From Methanothrix sp. (GTDB lineage: Archaea > Halobacteriota > Methanosarcinia > Methanotrichales > Methanotrichaceae): 64,000 bases of DNA. The position numbers were made by a program, and so were the translations under genes. The stretch is taken from the NCBI GenBank assembly GCA_037128175.1, contig JBAXWY010000006.1:28858-92857 (forward strand), given 5' to 3'. Shown piece by piece: positions 61,496 through 64,000 of the stretch; within the stretch, counting starts at the first letter, position 1; every line of letters begins with the position of its first letter. The notes beneath the pieces are model-generated. The model had not been told where the DNA came from. It saw nothing but the letters and a program-made list of their open reading frames with translations, and ran no database searches.

Positions 61496-63532
61496 CTAGC
61501 TGGAAATTATATTGAGTTCAAAGGTTTCCCAAGCACCTACCCAGGGCCTATTTGCATAGATGCCGGCACCGCCGCCGTTCTCGGCTACGACAACTTGACC
61601 ATTGAAGGCCTTAAGGCCGATTTTGCCGTTCCCCAGGTCCATATAGCCAAAGGTCTCCCAGGCACCTACGGAATTGCGGTTAGCTACTATCACACCACCG
61701 CCGCCGTTCTCAGCACAGAGATACTGGCCATTGGCAGCACGAAGGGCTACATTGCCATTGCCCAGATCGACCAGTTGGAAGGTCTCCCAGGCACCTACAG
61801 AATTACGGTTAGCTACTATCACACTACCGCCGCCATTCTCGGCACACAGATATTGACCGTTGTAGGCCCGCATAGAGATTTTTTTCGGAGTGCCGTATTT
61901 CAGTGGAGTGAGCATGGGATCGCCTAGAATATTCATTCCGTAGAACCAATCTACATCATCGACACCGTTTTCTTTGAACCATTCGATGAATGCCGAGCCA
62001 ACAATCTCCCCATGAGCAATCGGTCGATAGAAATTGTCGAAATAGAGCATGCTCCCTGTTTTTGTGGAACCGATGGCCACTAAGCCATTTGTGCTGGTGA
62101 AGATATGCCAACCACCTAAGTAATTGGATTCTGTAAACCTGGTTGCAGAGCAAACGAATAGATTATAGAAGATGGCTTTTGGATCAAGCGTCTTGATATC
62201 TTGCGAATAGATTGAACCATCCCATGCATCGTTAATCTTGAACGTTTGTCCACCAGACCAACCATGGCAGCAAATCTGAACCCAATCGTATCCTTGCGTT
62301 AATCTGTTCAGATAATCGGTTGGATTCGTCGTAGCTTTGTCATTCACAAGAGTTGTAGTATCATATATCAAGCCGAGTGCATTGTTCCAATCTGTTGACG
62401 AGCCAACCCAATCATCGTCGATGTACATTAATCCCCGCTTGGGCTGCGGTATTAATCCCTGCCGATATAAATGATTTTTATTGAAGTAATTTCTCAATAA
62501 AGCTATTTCAGTTGCCCCCTCTAGATTGAGGTTATTTGCCAGTAATCTTGCCACGAAGATCTCTGGATCTCGATCGCCCGTATGTGAATCGTACAACCCA
62601 TCAGAATCAGTGTCCGTCCAGGTTCCATCAAGATCCATATAGAATAGATCGATCGGCCATTGTTCCCAAGCTTCTCCAAAGGTATATTTCTCAAACCAAG
62701 CAGTTGGGATATCACCGATTAGGAGAACTCCTGCAATGGGTTGGATGCTTTGTAACCAAGACCTTAAATCCGCAGGAGAAGGATTTGAACCATCTGAAAA
62801 GAACCAAGACTCGGCATTGTATCCCTGCCGTTTTACATCTTCAACATAGCGATTTATTTCAGGAGTTAGGGATGTAGCCAGAGATCTCGTCCTAGTTAGG
62901 ATTATGAATCTTGGAGTAGCACGAACACCAGGCGTGGGATTCGATTGTATTGGAACGATCTTTTCCTGGGTTAAGCTTCTGCTAAACTGCTGAGACTTTA
63001 TATAATCAGCATAAGTGTCAGGATTATTTGGCCCAGTCCACTCTAAGCGCTTTACAGTCTCCGTCTCTTTAAGTGGCTCTCCAACAACCTCATTGGAAAC
63101 AGGGGCTTGATCTCCATGGATGGTCAAGTAGATTGTATCGCAGCCCTCCCAATAAACCTCTTTTTCGGGATCTATGATCTTCCAGGCCAAAGCCTCGATT
63201 AAAAAGGCTCCAACATTTGTAAATTGAATTGATGCATTGAACTCTACCGAATCATTTGCTCTCAGGTCCCCTTTCCAGGTCAAATTTCCTTTAATCAATT
63301 TGGCATCAGGTGGTAGAATAACGTTTGCATTCACCTCTTGAACATCGAATTCGCTGGAGATGTTGCAGATTACCATCGCGGTTTCGTTTGCCAAAGGAAC
63401 TTTTGACATAGTCAGAGTAACATTCAAGGGGGATGATCCATCTCCCTGAAGATCTTCCCCGTTCGAAAACCCCATTCCTTGCATTAGCCATAGAAGAATA
63501 ATGACTAACGTTACCTTTCCCTTTCTCGTCAT
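61496..63532 (-). CDS. Secreted C25 (gingipain-like) cysteine peptidase with C-terminal fascin-like domain
   Basis: LIGD.P, D.FY..LDG, PEIFVARL, CHG catalytic His, FVCS catalytic Cys, NILGDP; 3 fascin repeats. Confidence 0.8.
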   Translation of the reverse strand: MTRKGKVTLVIILLWLMQGMGFSNGEDLQGDGSSPLNVTLTMSKVPLANETAMVICNISSEFDVQEVNANVILPPDAKLIKGNLTWKGDLRANDSVEFNASIQFTNVGAFLIEALAWKIIDPEKEVYWEGCDTIYLTIHGDQAPVSNEVVGEPLKETETVKRLEWTGPNNPDTYADYIKSQQFSRSLTQEKIVPIQSNPTPGVRATPRFIILTRTRSLATSLTPEINRYVEDVKRQGYNAESWFFSDGSNPSPADLRSWLQSIQPIAGVLLIGDIPTAWFEKYTFGEAWEQWPIDLFYMDLDGTWTDTDSDGLYDSHTGDRDPEIFVARLLANNLNLEGATEIALLRNYFNKNHLYRQGLIPQPKRGLMYIDDDWVGSSTDWNNALGLIYDTTTLVNDKATTNPTDYLNRLTQGYDWVQICCHGWSGGQTFKINDAWDGSIYSQDIKTLDPKAIFYNLFVCSATRFTESNYLGGWHIFTSTNGLVAIGSTKTGSMLYFDNFYRPIAHGEIVGSAFIEWFKENGVDDVDWFYGMNILGDPMLTPLKYGTPKKISMRAYNGQYLCAENGGGSVIVANRNSVGAWETFQLVDLGNGNVALRAANGQYLCAENGGGGVIVANRNSVGAWETFGYMDLGNGKIGLKAFNGQVVVAENGGGAGIYANRPWVGAWETFELNIISS

Positions 63533-63794
63533 CGTATCCTCCCAATTTTCATGTCTATATTAATAACAATTATATGTATTTATATTTTGCGTTTTAATAT
63601 TCCATTATTAGATATTGTTTAGCTTTCTTTTTCTCATTTTTAAGCTTACGTTTTTTTTAAATGTATCCTATCGAAAATTTATGCTAAGAATATTCCTAGA
63701 TACTATCTTTATTCTCCAATTGGGTTATTTGCATGCGAAATATATCTGAAAAAAGAGTATTGGGAGATGTCAGGCAAAGCTACGAGCTTGCTTA

Positions 63795-64000
63795 TTACCT
63801 GTATTCACGATAAAACGTCTCCCAGGCACCTACTGCATTGCGGTTAGCCACTACTACGCTTCCACCACCACCTTCGGCGCAGAAATATTGGCCGTTATTG
63901 GCCCGAAGAGCTATATTGTTATTTCCAAGCTCAACGACTCGGAAGGTCTCCCAGGCACCTACTGCATTGCGGTTAGCCACTACTACGCTTCCACCACCAC
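63795..64000 (-). CDS. 3' end of another fascin-repeat protein (start beyond right edge)
   Basis: GGGSVVVANRNAVGAWETF repeats with 129-bp period (63817 and 63946). Confidence 0.8.
   Translation of the reverse strand, partial: GGGSVVVANRNAVGAWETFRVVELGNNNIALRANNGQYFCAEGGGGSVVVANRNAVGAWETFYREYR

Noticed and set aside
57978-64000. Diversity-generating retroelement TR/VR pairs among the fascin repeats
   Set aside because: No reverse transcriptase in the window, and the differences are not adenine-specific; consistent with ordinary tandem duplication.

Overview
Archaeal chromosomal segment, most likely from a Methanothrix/Methanotrichaceae-type methanogen. This is an inference from MC1 chromatin protein, archaeal RibC, thermosome, aEF-1a/aEF-2, ABCE1, Nob1 and CooC. 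The left about 46 kb is mostly housekeeping: fusA-tuf-rps10-tRNA-Arg, lysC-purM, nrdJ, aspS, purC, thermosome and ABCE1. It also holds a PAS hybrid kinase, an SLC5-STAC-DUF835 transporter/sensor and a decayed AAA-ATPase/DUF4276 pair. Three things stand out. (1) A gene-free stretch of about 0.9 kb (5524-6421) is packed with nested helices whose G-U wobbles favour the + strand, making it a candidate large, unassigned structured ncRNA near a tRNA. (2) alaS has an AT-rich replacement 3' end fused to TPRs and is followed by two degenerate extra copies of the alaS 3' end that bracket nuclease and toxin-antitoxin cargo, suggesting a cassette-capture hotspot with no integrase in the window. (3) From 52.6 kb to the right edge, a cluster of exported proteins (multicopper oxidase, C25 protease, unknowns) shares one fascin-like 43-aa repeat module. 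All calls come from reading motifs by eye; no searches or folding programs were run.
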